64,000 bases of DNA from Macrostomum lignano (taxonomy: Eukaryota), in the NCBI GenBank assembly GCA_002269645.1, contig NIVC01000446.1, forward strand, positions 372,001-436,000. Reading direction: 5' to 3'. The notes under the pieces are model-generated. The model searched no databases. It was not told where the DNA came from and saw nothing but the letters and a program-made list of their open reading frames with translations. Shown here piece after piece: positions 25,001 to 37,000 of the stretch. The position numbers were made by a program, and so were the translations under genes. The first letter of the stretch is position 1, and every line of letters begins with the position of its first letter.

Positions 25001-28000
25001 GTAGCGTAGCGATTGTAGCGTAGGACTGTCGGGCTCCCTGGTAGGCGGTTCTGTTGCACAGTACACGCAACTGCGCCTCAGCATCGAGGCCTTCCGCGGC
25101 AGCCTCATCGTCGACTGCACCGTCGTCGCTACTCGGTGCCAGTTCCGCGTCACTATCAGCGCTGGACGCGCTTGCCTCGGCGTCGGAGGCCTCGGCGTCG
25201 GAGGCCTCGGCGTCGCTGGCTGCGTCTGAGGCCTCGGCGTCGCTGGCTGCGTCTGAGGCCTCGACGTCGCTGGCTGCGTCGGAGGCCTCGGCGTCGCTGG
25301 CTGCGTCGGAAGCCTTGGCGTCGCTGGCCTCGGCGTCGGAGGCCTCGGCGTCGCTGGCCTCGGCGTCGGAGGCCTCGGCGTCGGAGGCCTCGGCGTCGCT
25401 GGCCTCGGCGTCGGAGGCCTCGGCGTCGCTGGCTGCGTCTGAGGCCTCGGCGTCGCTGGCTGCGTCTGAGGCCTCGGCGTCGCTGGCTGCGTCTGAGGCC
25501 TCGGCGTCGCTGGCCGCGTCGGAAGCCTCGGCGTCGCTGGCCTCGGCGTCGGAGGCCTCGGCGTCGCTGGCCGCGGCGTCGGAGGCCTCGGCGTCGCTGG
25601 CCTCGGCGTCGGAGGCCTCGGCGTCGCTGCTGGCTGCGTCGGCTACATTCCCCGGACGACACGCATCAGTGAGTAGGCGCAGTTTTTTGGACATGCGGTA
25701 GCGCTGCTGCCGTAACCGTGCTGCAAACCGTTTTCTGTCATTGCGCACGGCATTTCCGTTTTCTGAGGGCTGTGACATTTCCCAAATGGCTGGAAGGGAA
25801 ATTAGGTAGACGACTGGAGATCTTCATTTGTAGCTTGAACCAGTCAGCCGTTGAACGACTCAAGCCAGTCAGACTGCCCTCTATGTTTTTCTATCACTGA
25901 CCATCTGTACATGCATATTACCAATGTAAACAGCCAGTTGACTACCAAGTCAAGGTTAGTCCCTTATATATTCTAATGGTTATACAGCTCTCTGTACGAA
26001 CGACTTATTAGATGGTAGCTGCGATCTGGAATAATTTGTTCAGACAGGGAGCTATAGATGGATCCACAGATCAAGCCTCACAACGCTAAAACGCTTCATA
26101 CTAAACAGTCAAAATACACTGAAAACCCCAAATTCAAAATCCTGCAAAAACCCTGATGACAAATTTTCAGTACCATTCCTATTCACCGTGCCAACATTCA
26201 GTTCACGGAAGCCTTATTTGTATCATTTATTTTACAGAGTTCCAGTTTTCCATTGTCACAAACAGTTTAGCTGCTTCTGTCACAAAAGTTTCGCTAGCAT
26301 ATATCTTACGTAGAAACTTTCCTATACCGTCCTATACAGTCTTCCACGGAACAGAAATTTAACAATTTCAATATATCTATGACAGGGATTCAGGGAAACC
26401 TTTACATTATCAACTTTTTTACTATTAATCTTAATAGTTGGCAAGAACTGCAACACCGATCCTGAGGCCTTCAGTACATGTCACTTATACTAAATTAGTA
26501 AATACTTATATGCTGCTGGTCCCTTTGCCTACAAATACTGTCTACAAATCTCTACAAATGCTGTATAAAAGACCTTGTCTGTCGACTACACACTACTCAA
26601 CTCACTCACTGACAGCCGACTGTGCTTCCGCATTTCCAGCTTCGTTAGGTACTGGGTTTGCAAAGAAACGAAAGGACTTCACCATAAAACCAACTGTTTT
26701 TGGCTCACAGATGGTCACAAAAACCGTTACACAGAAAAGTTCTACAACAGTGGCAGCGGTAGAAATGGTCGAAGAACTGTACCACAAGGGGTCCAAAATG
26801 GTGTGAAAGTGTCTGAGGAGGGTGTGAAAATGGTTCGAAAAACAGCCGAGAGAGGGTCGAAAACGGTAGAAAAAACGGTCGACAAAAGCCCAAAAAACAG
26901 TCGAAGTGGAGGGATGGTGGACGGTGAAACCGTGGTGGGAAAAACGGTCGAAAGAGTGGTCGATAAAACGGTCGACGGACGGTCGACGAAACGGTCGACG
27001 GACGGTCGACAGAACAGTGGACAGAACGGTCGACAGATGGTCGCAGAGACGGTCGCCGAGATGGTCGACAAGACGGTCGACAGAACGGTCGGCAAGCCGG
27101 TCGGCAAAACGGTCGACAAAACGGTCGACAGACGGTCGACAGACGGTCGACAGACGGTCGCAGAGACGGTCGCAGACAAGGTCGCAGACAAGGTCGCAGA
27201 GATGGTCGAAGTAACGGTCGCAGATACGGTCGCAGAGACGGTCGCAGAAGAACGGTCGCAAAAACAGTCGACGGAACAGTCGCTACCAACGGTCGCATGC
27301 CACGGTCGCAAGAATTAGTCGCACAGTCGCACACATCGACCGTGCAGAATGGTCGACTACTCGGTCGTTCACATGGTCGCATCCGGCGACCGTGCTTAAC
27401 GGGCGCTGGAATGGTCGCAATAATAGTCGACGCCGGCCATCACGGTCGCAGGACGGTCGAGGGCCCTGAAATGCGACCGTTATTTTTTTAACCGGGTTAG
27501 GCTGGGTTTCGTCCGTCTGACTGTGACCCTCTCTTCTTACTGCTCTCTCATTGGCTGAGCGAGATTGGGCCTGCTCCCTAGGCTGGGTTTGGTCCTTCTG
27601 ACTTTGACCTCTCCTTACTGCTCTCTCATTGGCTGAGCTAGATTGGGCCTGCCCCTTAGGCTGGGTTTCGTCCGTCTGACTGTGACCCTCTCTTCTTACT
27701 GCTCTCTCATTGGCTGAGCGAGATTGGGCCTGCTCCCTAGGCTGGGTTTGGTCCTTCTGACTTTGACCTCTCCTTACTGCTCTCTCATTGGCTGAGCTAG
27801 ATTGGGCCTGCCCCTTAGGCTGGGTTTCGTCCGTCTGACTGTGACCCTCTCTTCTTACTGCTCTCTCATTGGCTGAGCGAGATTGGGCCTGCTCCCTAGG
27901 CTGGGTTTGGTCCTTCTGACTTTGACCTCTCCTTACTGCTCTCTCATTGGCTAAGCTAGATTGGGCCTGCCCCCCTAGACTGAGTTTCGTCCGTTTGACT

Positions 28001-31000
28001 TTGAACTCTCCTTACTGCTCTCTCATTGGCTGAGCTAGATTGGGCCTGCCCACCCCTTGGCCGATTTTCGTCCATCTTGCGTTTGTGTGTGCACATCGAG
28101 TTGAATGCTTGATCATTCTTAACTCAAATACTCCCGAGGCCACCAACACCGAGGAAGAAGAGGAAATTTTAGCTGCCACATTAAATGAAGTGACACTGCG
28201 CAGACAAACTACTGAAAAAAGAGTAGACTTGTAAACAGCTTGGCTATGAACCATATCAATAAATAGCATAAAAAATAACACTTTTGCACAACAATACTCC
28301 AGGTAAACACAACCAGCGCAGTCGGCCTAATCAAAGAGATCATGTGCGACGGTCGGGTTCACGGCCGTCCCATTAACTTCACTAGCGGCCTGCGCTGTGT
28401 GGCTGCCTGCAACCCGTACAGGCAGCACTCTGAGGCCATGATCCAGCGTCTGGAGAACAGCGGCCTGGGCTATTGGGTGCGCAAAGATGCGACTCAGGAT
28501 CGATTCGGTGCGATCCCCATGCGCCACCTTGTCTATCGAGTCAAACCCCTGCCGCTTAGCCTTATCAATGTGCTGTGGGATTTCGGCAACCTGTCTGAGG
28601 ATGCTGAGGCCAAGTATATTCAGCGCATGATTGAGGCTCGCGTTCACGAGCTGGTGCAGCCGCACTGCGGACACTTGGCCGAGCTGGTTCGCTTTTCCCA
28701 GGTATATTGCATCTTTGATTATTAAACTGCTGTAATCAAGTTAATCTGGCCGAAATATAACATCTAAAATGGCATTTTGTTGTATATATTAGGTACCAAA
28801 TAGTGAATCGAAAGATTAAAACAATTAAAAAAATTGTTTAATTTAGTAGATTTCACTGAATGGAATTCCAGTGAGTGGGATTCCAGTGAGTGGGATTTCA
28901 CTGAGTGGGATTCCAGTGAGTGGGATTCCAGTGAGTGGGATTTCACTGAGTGGGATTCCAGTGAGTGGGATTCCAGTGAGTGGGATTCCAGTGAGTGGGA
29001 TTTCACTGAGTGGGATTCCAGTGAGTGGGATTCCAGTGAGTGGGATTTTACTGAGTGGGATTCCAGTGAGTGGGATTTCACTGAGTGGGATTCCAGTGAG
29101 TAGGATTTCACTGAGTGGGATTCCAGTGAGTGGGATTCCAGTAAGTGGGATTCCAGTGAGTGGGATTTCACTGAGTGGGATTCCAGTGAGTGGGATTCCA
29201 GTGAGTGGGATTCCAGTGAGTGGGATTCCAGTGAGTGGATTTCACTGAGTGGGATTCCAGTGAGTGGGATTTCACTGAGTGGGATTCCAGTGAGTGGGAT
29301 TCCAGTGAGTGGGATTCCAGTGAGTGGGATTCCAGTGAGTGGGATTTCACTGAGTGGGATTCCAGTGAGTGGGATTCCACTGAGTGGGATTTCACTGAGT
29401 GGGATTCCAGTGAGTGGGATTCCAGTGAGTGGGATTCCAGTGAGTGGATTTCACTGAGTGGGATTCCAGTGAGTGGGATTTCACTGAGTGGGATTCCAGT
29501 GAGTGGGATTCCAGTGAGTGGGATTCCAGTGAGTGGGATTTCACTGAGTGGGATTTCACTGAGTGGGATTCCAGTGAGTGGGATTCCAGTGAGTGGGATT
29601 TCACTGAGTGGGATTCCAGTGAGTGGGATTCCAGTGAGTGGGATTCCAGTGAGTGGGATTCCAGTGAGTGGGATTTCACTGAGTGGGATTCCAGTGAGTG
29701 GGATTTCACTGAGTGGGATTCCAGTGAGTGGGATTCCAGTGAGTGGGATTTCACTGAGTGGGATTCCAGTGAGTGGGATTTCACTGAGTGGGATTCCAGT
29801 GAGTGGGATTTCACTGAGTGGGATTCCAGTGAGTGGGATTTCACTGAGTGGAATTCCGTGGGATTCCAGTGAGTGGGATTCCAGTGAGTGGGATTTCACT
29901 GAGTGGGATTCCAGTGAGTGGGATTTCACTGAGTGGGATTCCAGTGAGTGGGATTCCAGTGAGTGGGATTTCACTGAGTGGGATTCCAGTGAGTGGGATT
30001 TCACTGAGTGGGATTCCAGTGAGTGGGATTTCACTGAGTGGGATTCCAGTGAGTGGGATTCCAGTGAGTGGGATTTCACTGAGTGGGATTCCAGTGAGTG
30101 GGATTTCACTGAGTGGAATTCCGTGGGATTCCAGTGAGTGGGATTCCAGTGAGTGGGATTTCACTGAGTGGGATTCCAGTGAGTGGGATTCCAGTGAGTG
30201 GGATTCCAGTGAGTGGGATTCCAGTGAGTGGGATTCCAGTGAGTGGGATTTTACTGAGTGGGATTCCAGTGAGTGGGATTCCAGTGAGTGGGATTTCATT
30301 AAATGGGATTCCAGTGAGTGGGATTTCATTAAATGGGATTCCAAGAAGTGGGATTTCTCACTGTATGAGATTCCAAGGAGTGGGATTTCTCACAATATGA
30401 GATTCCAAGGAGTGGGATTTCACTGCCTAGGTGTAGGATTTCACTGTTTGCATAGTTTTTGTCTTGCTAGATATTCGCTCGTAATTTAACACATTTATTT
30501 CAACTCCTCAAGGCCTTCATGCGTCGAATCAACGATGAGACCAAGTTTGTGTCGCTGCGAGAAGTGGAAAAAGTCATCCAAGTGGTGAACTGGCTCATCG
30601 ATTTTCAACAGATTATTGTTAAAAACATTGTGAATGAGCCCGATGATCATTTAGCGGTGCCGGCTATCACAGACTACACACGGGCTGCACTGCTGACTGC
30701 TGCCATCTGCTATTATAGCCGTCTGTCATACGAGAATAAGCAGATTTACCTGACTGAACTGGCCGCCAGATTGTGCGACACAGCTGGCCGGCCCCTCACT
30801 GATCGTGATCTCTACCGGGAGATCTACAGGTGAACCGGCTTGTTACCGACTTGGATAGCATTTAAACATTTTTCAGACTATTAGAGACATTACGATTAAA
30901 ATCTTTATTCGTCTACTTTTCTCAGTAGTCTCAATTGAATCTTTTAATCGTTTCTTAAGAAACCGGTCAGCGAAAACTAAAGAGTCTTAGACAACAAAGA

Positions 31001-34000
31001 CAGGATGGACCATAGACAGAAGCCCAAAACCAATCAAATCAAGCTCAGATTTAGCGGTTTTGGCCATAGACAGAAGCCCAGAACCAATCAAATCAAGCTC
31101 GGATTTGTCAGTCTTGGCCATAGACAGAAGCCCAGAACCTATCAAATCAAGCTCAGATTTGTCAGTCTTGGCCATAGACAGAAGCCCAAAACCAATCAAA
31201 TCAAGCTCAGATTTAGCGGTTTTGGCCATAGACAGAAGCCCAGAACCAATCAAATCAAGCTCAGATTTGTCAGTCTTGGCCATAGACAGAAGCCCAGAAC
31301 CAATCAAATCAAGCTCAGATTTAGCGGTTTTGGCCATAGACAGAAGCTCAGAACCAATCAAATCAAGCTCGGATTTGTCAGTCTTGGCCATAGACAGAAG
31401 CCCGGAACCAATCAATTCAAGCTCAGATTTGTCGGTTTGGGCCATAGACAGAAGCCCAGAACCAATCAATTCAAGCTCAGATTTGGCGGTTTTAGCCATA
31501 GACAGAAGCCCAGAACCAATCAAATCAAGCTCAGATTTGTCAGTCTTGGCCATAGACAGAAGCCCAGAACCTATCAAATCAAGCTCAGATTTATCAGTTT
31601 TTGTCATAGACAAAAGCCCAGAACCAACCAAATCAAGTTCAGATTCGTCAGTCTTGGCCATAGACAGAAGCCCAGAACCAATCAAATCAAGCTCAGATTT
31701 GTCAGTCTTGGCGATAGACAGAAGCCTAGAACCAACCAAGTCAAGCTCAGATTACGATTAACTACACAATGAGTCTGTTGTAAATTGTACATTCATAAAT
31801 ACAAAAAAATATATAAATGTATCCCTCCAATTTCAAGGTGTCAAGAGGCCTTTCTAAACAGCGCTAAACTGCCAGATTTTATTGCCAAAAATGACGCTCT
31901 ACGCGAGAACCTATTTATGATGATTGTGTGCATCAAACTGCGAATTCCGCTCTTTGTTGTCGGCAAGCCGGGTAGCTCCAAGTCTCTGGCTAAAACCATT
32001 GTCAAGAGCAATATGCTGGGCGCTGATTCTCAGTCAAATCTGTTCAAAGAGCTTCCAGGTACTCATATGCTGAGCTTTCAGTGCTCACCTTGGAGCACAT
32101 CTGACAGTATTATTAAGACATTTAGTCAGTGCTCTCGCCTGCAGGACGAAAAGGATCTTAGCAAGTAAGTTCGAATTGAAATTTCCTGTCAAACTACTCT
32201 TGTGTTGTTGGTCATATTTATCTGTGGGTGATTTTTATCACGTCAGAGTCCTAGCGCCATACTCGTAGAATAGATTTTAGCGTCAATCTAGCGCCATAGA
32301 ATAGGTTTTAGCGCCAATAAAGCGCCATAGAATAGGTTTTAGCGCCAATCTAGCGCCATTGAATAGGTTTTAGCGCCAATAAAGCGCCATAGAATAGGTT
32401 TTAGCGTCAATCTAGCGCCATTGAATAGGTTTTAGCGCCAATAAAGCGCCATAGAATAGGTTTTAGCGTCAATCTAGCGCCATTGAATAGGTTTTAGCGC
32501 CACTCTAGCGCTTAAGATTAGGTTTAGCGCCAATCTAGCGTCATTGAATAGGTTTTAGCGCCACTCTAGCGCTTAAGATTAGGTTTTAGCGCCAATCTAG
32601 CGTCATTGAATAGGTTTTAGCGCCAATCTAGCGCTTTGGACCAGGTTTTAGCGCCAATCTAGCGCCATAGAATATGGGTTTTAGCGCCAACTAGCGCTTT
32701 GGACCAGGTTTTAGCGCCAATCTAGCGCCATAGAATATGGGTTTTAGCGCCAACTAGCGCTTTGGACCAGGTTTTAGCGCCAATCTAGCGCCATAGAATA
32801 TAGGTTTTAGCGCCAATCTAGCGCGATAGAATATAGGTTTTAGCGCCAACTAGCGCTTTGGACCTGGTTTTAGCGCCAATATAGCGCCATAGAATATAGG
32901 TTTTAGCGCCAACTAGCGCTTTGGACCAGGCTTTAGCGCCAATCTAGCGCGATAGAATATAGGTTTTAGCGCCAACTAGCGCTTTGGACCAGGCTTTAGC
33001 GCCAATCTAGCGCCTTAGGCCAGATTTTCTCCAGAAAACAAGATACCTCACTTTCACTAAGGGAAGAGACTCCCTTGACCTCCTTATGAAGTAAAATCCA
33101 GGAAAGTGCATCAGTTTCCTTTTCATGTGCTAACTTTGTAACTCAAATCTTCAACATCAAAGATTTGTGTCCGTGATCATTTTGGACGAGATCGGCCTGG
33201 CCGAGGACAGTCCCAGCATGCCGTTGAAGACTCTGCATCCACTGCTAGAGGACGGCTTCATCAACGGTGACGGACTCACAGCTGAGGAGAAGCTGCGCAA
33301 AAAGATTGGCTTCATCGGCATATCTAACTGGGCGCTGGATCCGGCCAAGATGAACCGCGGTCTCTATGTTCAGCGCGACGTGCCAACCGAGGACGAGCTG
33401 GTTGAAACTGCCAAAGGAATCTGCGGTCGCGACGATGCGGGCCCAATTGTTAACTACTTGGAGCCGCTAGCCAAGTTCTACAGGGCTATCTATAAGGTAG
33501 GGAATCGTAGAGTCATTATAACGAGTCGCGAAATAGTCTTTCTACTAACTCATCAAGTAGAGTGAATAGAGTTTTTATAATTCATAAAAAAACGCGATTC
33601 TAGCACGCCTGAGATACGACTCTACAGCCCCAGAGCAAGGACTACTCAAGTAGAAGGACGGGACACTACGTTTCTTAGAAAGTGTTTATGAAGCTGGTCT
33701 TCGCCGAAAAATACACTACGGAGATAGGAGTTTTCATTTTTTATCACAAAAATTGTTATTGCTTTCGATAGGAGGCAGACCCAGTGTTCATCTTTTGATA
33801 TGCTGTGCCTTTCTTATTGCTCTATTGAATCGATATTCATAGAGCTTTTAGTTGAGAAAATTAGGATTAGGATGAGTCTATTTTATCATTCTTAGCTGAC
33901 TGTGACAGAGATGATAAAATAGATTCATAAAACCAAAGATTTGAGCTGTGTCATGCATTTTAATGATTTTAAGGTACAGGAAATGTACGTAGAATACAAA

Positions 34001-37000
34001 ATGAACATAGAATCCTGATTTTCTGAACGAAAAGCTTTATGAATATCGATAGAGCAATAAGAAAGGCACAGCATATCAAAAGATGAACACTGGATCTGCC
34101 TCCTATCGAAAGCAATAACAATTTTTTATGCTGAAAAATGAAAACTTCCAAGCTCCGAAGAGTATCTTTCGGCGAAAGTTGCCTTCAAAAAATTGCCAAT
34201 GATTTTGAGTGTTGCGTCCTTCTACTTAAATTCTCCTTGCCCATAGTCACCTGCGTCGCCCCAAAGTTTAGATTAGTGTATTTGTTCTCAAACAAATGGC
34301 CATACCACATTCAGCGCCATATGCAAAATACCGAGTAGGGCGTAGAAAATAATCTAAAAATTACCCAGATGGCTACCAAGGTCTCTTATATCTACTCAGC
34401 TTCAAGTTGGGGCCTAAAATATCCTCATTTTGATTTATGCTACAGGAGACGCTAAAAGTTCGAGAATTTTTCGGTTTGCGCGATTTCTTCAGCCTAGTGA
34501 AACACCTGGCCGCCTGGTCAAAAGCCAGTCAGACTAGCCAACCCAGCCTAGTTGGCAGCCTGTCAGATGAGCTACTGACAACTGCTCTGCTGCGGAACTT
34601 CAGCGGCTTCGATATTAATCCTGTGAAGCTGTACGCCCGTCTAGTGGGACCGGACAACAGCGGGACACTTCACAAACTGGCCAATCGATCTGTGGTTGCC
34701 GAGGCTCTGGCCAGCCGGGGCGAACTGGACCAGCGGTATCTGCTGTTTATCACTGAGAATTATTCCGGATTTCGGGTGGTACTTCGCCAGATTACTGGCC
34801 CGGCTAGTGTCATCTTTGGTAGCAGCTTTCCTCGCGATCAGGTAAGGTTGGGTAGGATTGTAGTCACAGATACTAGAATAACTAGATGTGTCACTCGCAA
34901 AAAATGCGTTTCTCTACTCTTTTTTCAGTAGCAAAATTAGCGTTTTTTGCCTTTATAAAAGTGAAATTAAAATTTATCTACTTTCAAACGAAATTGAAAG
35001 TTTTTAAAGCTGCAAAATATGTCTGTGCCTAATTCTACAAGCAGGCTAATTATTGTACATAAGCATGTCTGCTGAGTTTTACCGGCTCAAAAATAAACGA
35101 ATTTAAGACTTAAGACTGTAGAAAACTATAAAAATTTAAAATTCCCAAATTCAGTGCTTGGCATAGAGAGCAAGAGAGAATTAGTGCTGGCGCCCAGACA
35201 TCTCTCTACTGCTCTCTCATTGGCTGAGCTAGATTGGGCCTGCCCCCTCCCCCCCTAGGCTGAGTTTCGTCCGTCTTGCGTTCATTTGTGTACATTGAGT
35301 TAAAAAATGCTTGTTCATTCTTAGCCCCATTTGCTCTTCCATGAGGAAGGAAAGGAATTTTACATCAAATTTAAATTACATTAGCGTGACAACTACTGAA
35401 AAAAAAGAGGAGAGGCTTTACTTTTTCACAATTTTAATTGCGAGTGACACATCTAGTTATTCTAGTATCTGTGGGATTGTATAGGAAACCAAACCTTAAA
35501 CCAGGGACTACTCAAGTAGGAGAACGGGAAACTATGTTTCTTAGAAAATAGAAAATATCTTAGAAAAATGCACGGCGTAGGTCGACTCTGGTTTTATGAA
35601 TCTATTTTATCATTTCTGTTACACATACTGTTACACAGTCAGCTGAGAATGACAAAATAGACTCATAAAACCAATCAGCCGAGCCGTGTCATTTTTAATG
35701 GTTTTTAGGCACGGGACATGTGCAATTTGTACATAGAATAAAGCAGTACCATAGAATCCTAGTTTTCTGAACGAAAAGCTTTATGAATATCGATAGAGCT
35801 ATAAGAAAGGCACAGCATATCAAAAGATGAACACTGAGTCTGCCTCCTATCGAAAGCAATAACAATTTTTGTGCTGAAAAATGAAATCTTCCTATCTCCG
35901 TAGTGTATTTTTCGGCGAAGACCAGCCTGATCTTTATCAGAGCAAGCGTTATTAGTACCAAAAAATCCTTGACAATATTAAATATCTTCATTTCTCTTTT
36001 TCCCCAGGCCTACACGAAGATTTGCAAGGACATCAACCGGATCAAGATCTGTATGGAGCGCGGTGAAACTGTAGTGCTGATGAACATGGACTCGCTCTAC
36101 GAGTCGCTATACGATGTGCTCAATCAGTATTACGAAAGCTGCGGCGAGGACCGCTTTGTCGATCTTGGCCTTGGCACGCATCGGCTAAAGTGCAAGGTGC
36201 ACTCGCACTTCCGCATTGTGGTCATTGCAGAACGGGACACCGTCATGAATAAATTCCCTATCCCGCTAATCAACCGGATGGAGAAGCACCGGCTGTCCTG
36301 TGAGTCGCTGCTCAATTCTGAAGATGCTCAACTATGCGCCCAGCTGCTCGAGTGGGCGCGCAGTTTTCTGCCAACAAATTCAACTAGCAATCAAAATAAA
36401 CAAAAAGTGACTGCTAAGCAACTAAACACCGTGTTTGTTGGCTATCACGAAGATGTTGTGCCATCGCTGCTGATCGAGTTTGCCAACCTGGCCAATCCGG
36501 AACGCGTACGGGCAGTCCAGCACGCTCTGCTGGCAGCTTGCACACCTGAGAGTCTTGTACGACTCGACCAGACTCCACTGGCTGGACAGAAGGATGCTCT
36601 GAGTCGTTTGTATCATAATGACGATCGGCACTCGGGTCTGGAGAAATTCCTGAGCTGTCGAGCCTATGGCGACAAGCAGTTCGTGCAGGTGAGTTATTCT
36701 GCGCACAAGCCCCAGATGAATGTGGCAGGGGCCCTGGTTCGATTCCGTTCGATCATATTGCCGATGTGTACACTTCGCTGAAAGTATTGCTATTATTTTC
36801 TCCATCAAAAAGGTCCTTTATTTTCCTTTTATTGAATACGTCAGACTCAATATGTTTCGCCTTGCCCAACCCAGGTGACCACATTTGACCGGCTGCTGTC
36901 GAAGGCAGAATTATCCGAACTCTCGGCTCGATTCGGCCCCAATCTGGGCCTTCTGCAGGACAACAATTTAAACGATTTTGACACGGAGATTCAGTTTACT

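Larger units (their letters stand above)
10520..27496 (-). mobile_element. Giant (16,977 bp) CACTA/EnSpm (CMC) DNA transposon with cargo genes
   Basis: Left end CCCGGTTAAAAAAAAGACGGTCGC (10520-10543); reverse complement of the right end CCCGGTTAAAAAAATAACGGTCGC (27473-27496), 22/24 identical. TTA is duplicated at 10517-10519 and 27497-27499; removing the element restores the repeat unit ...GCCCCTTAGGCTGGG. Subterminal repeat arrays at both ends and an internal EnSpm-type transposase. Confidence 0.92.
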
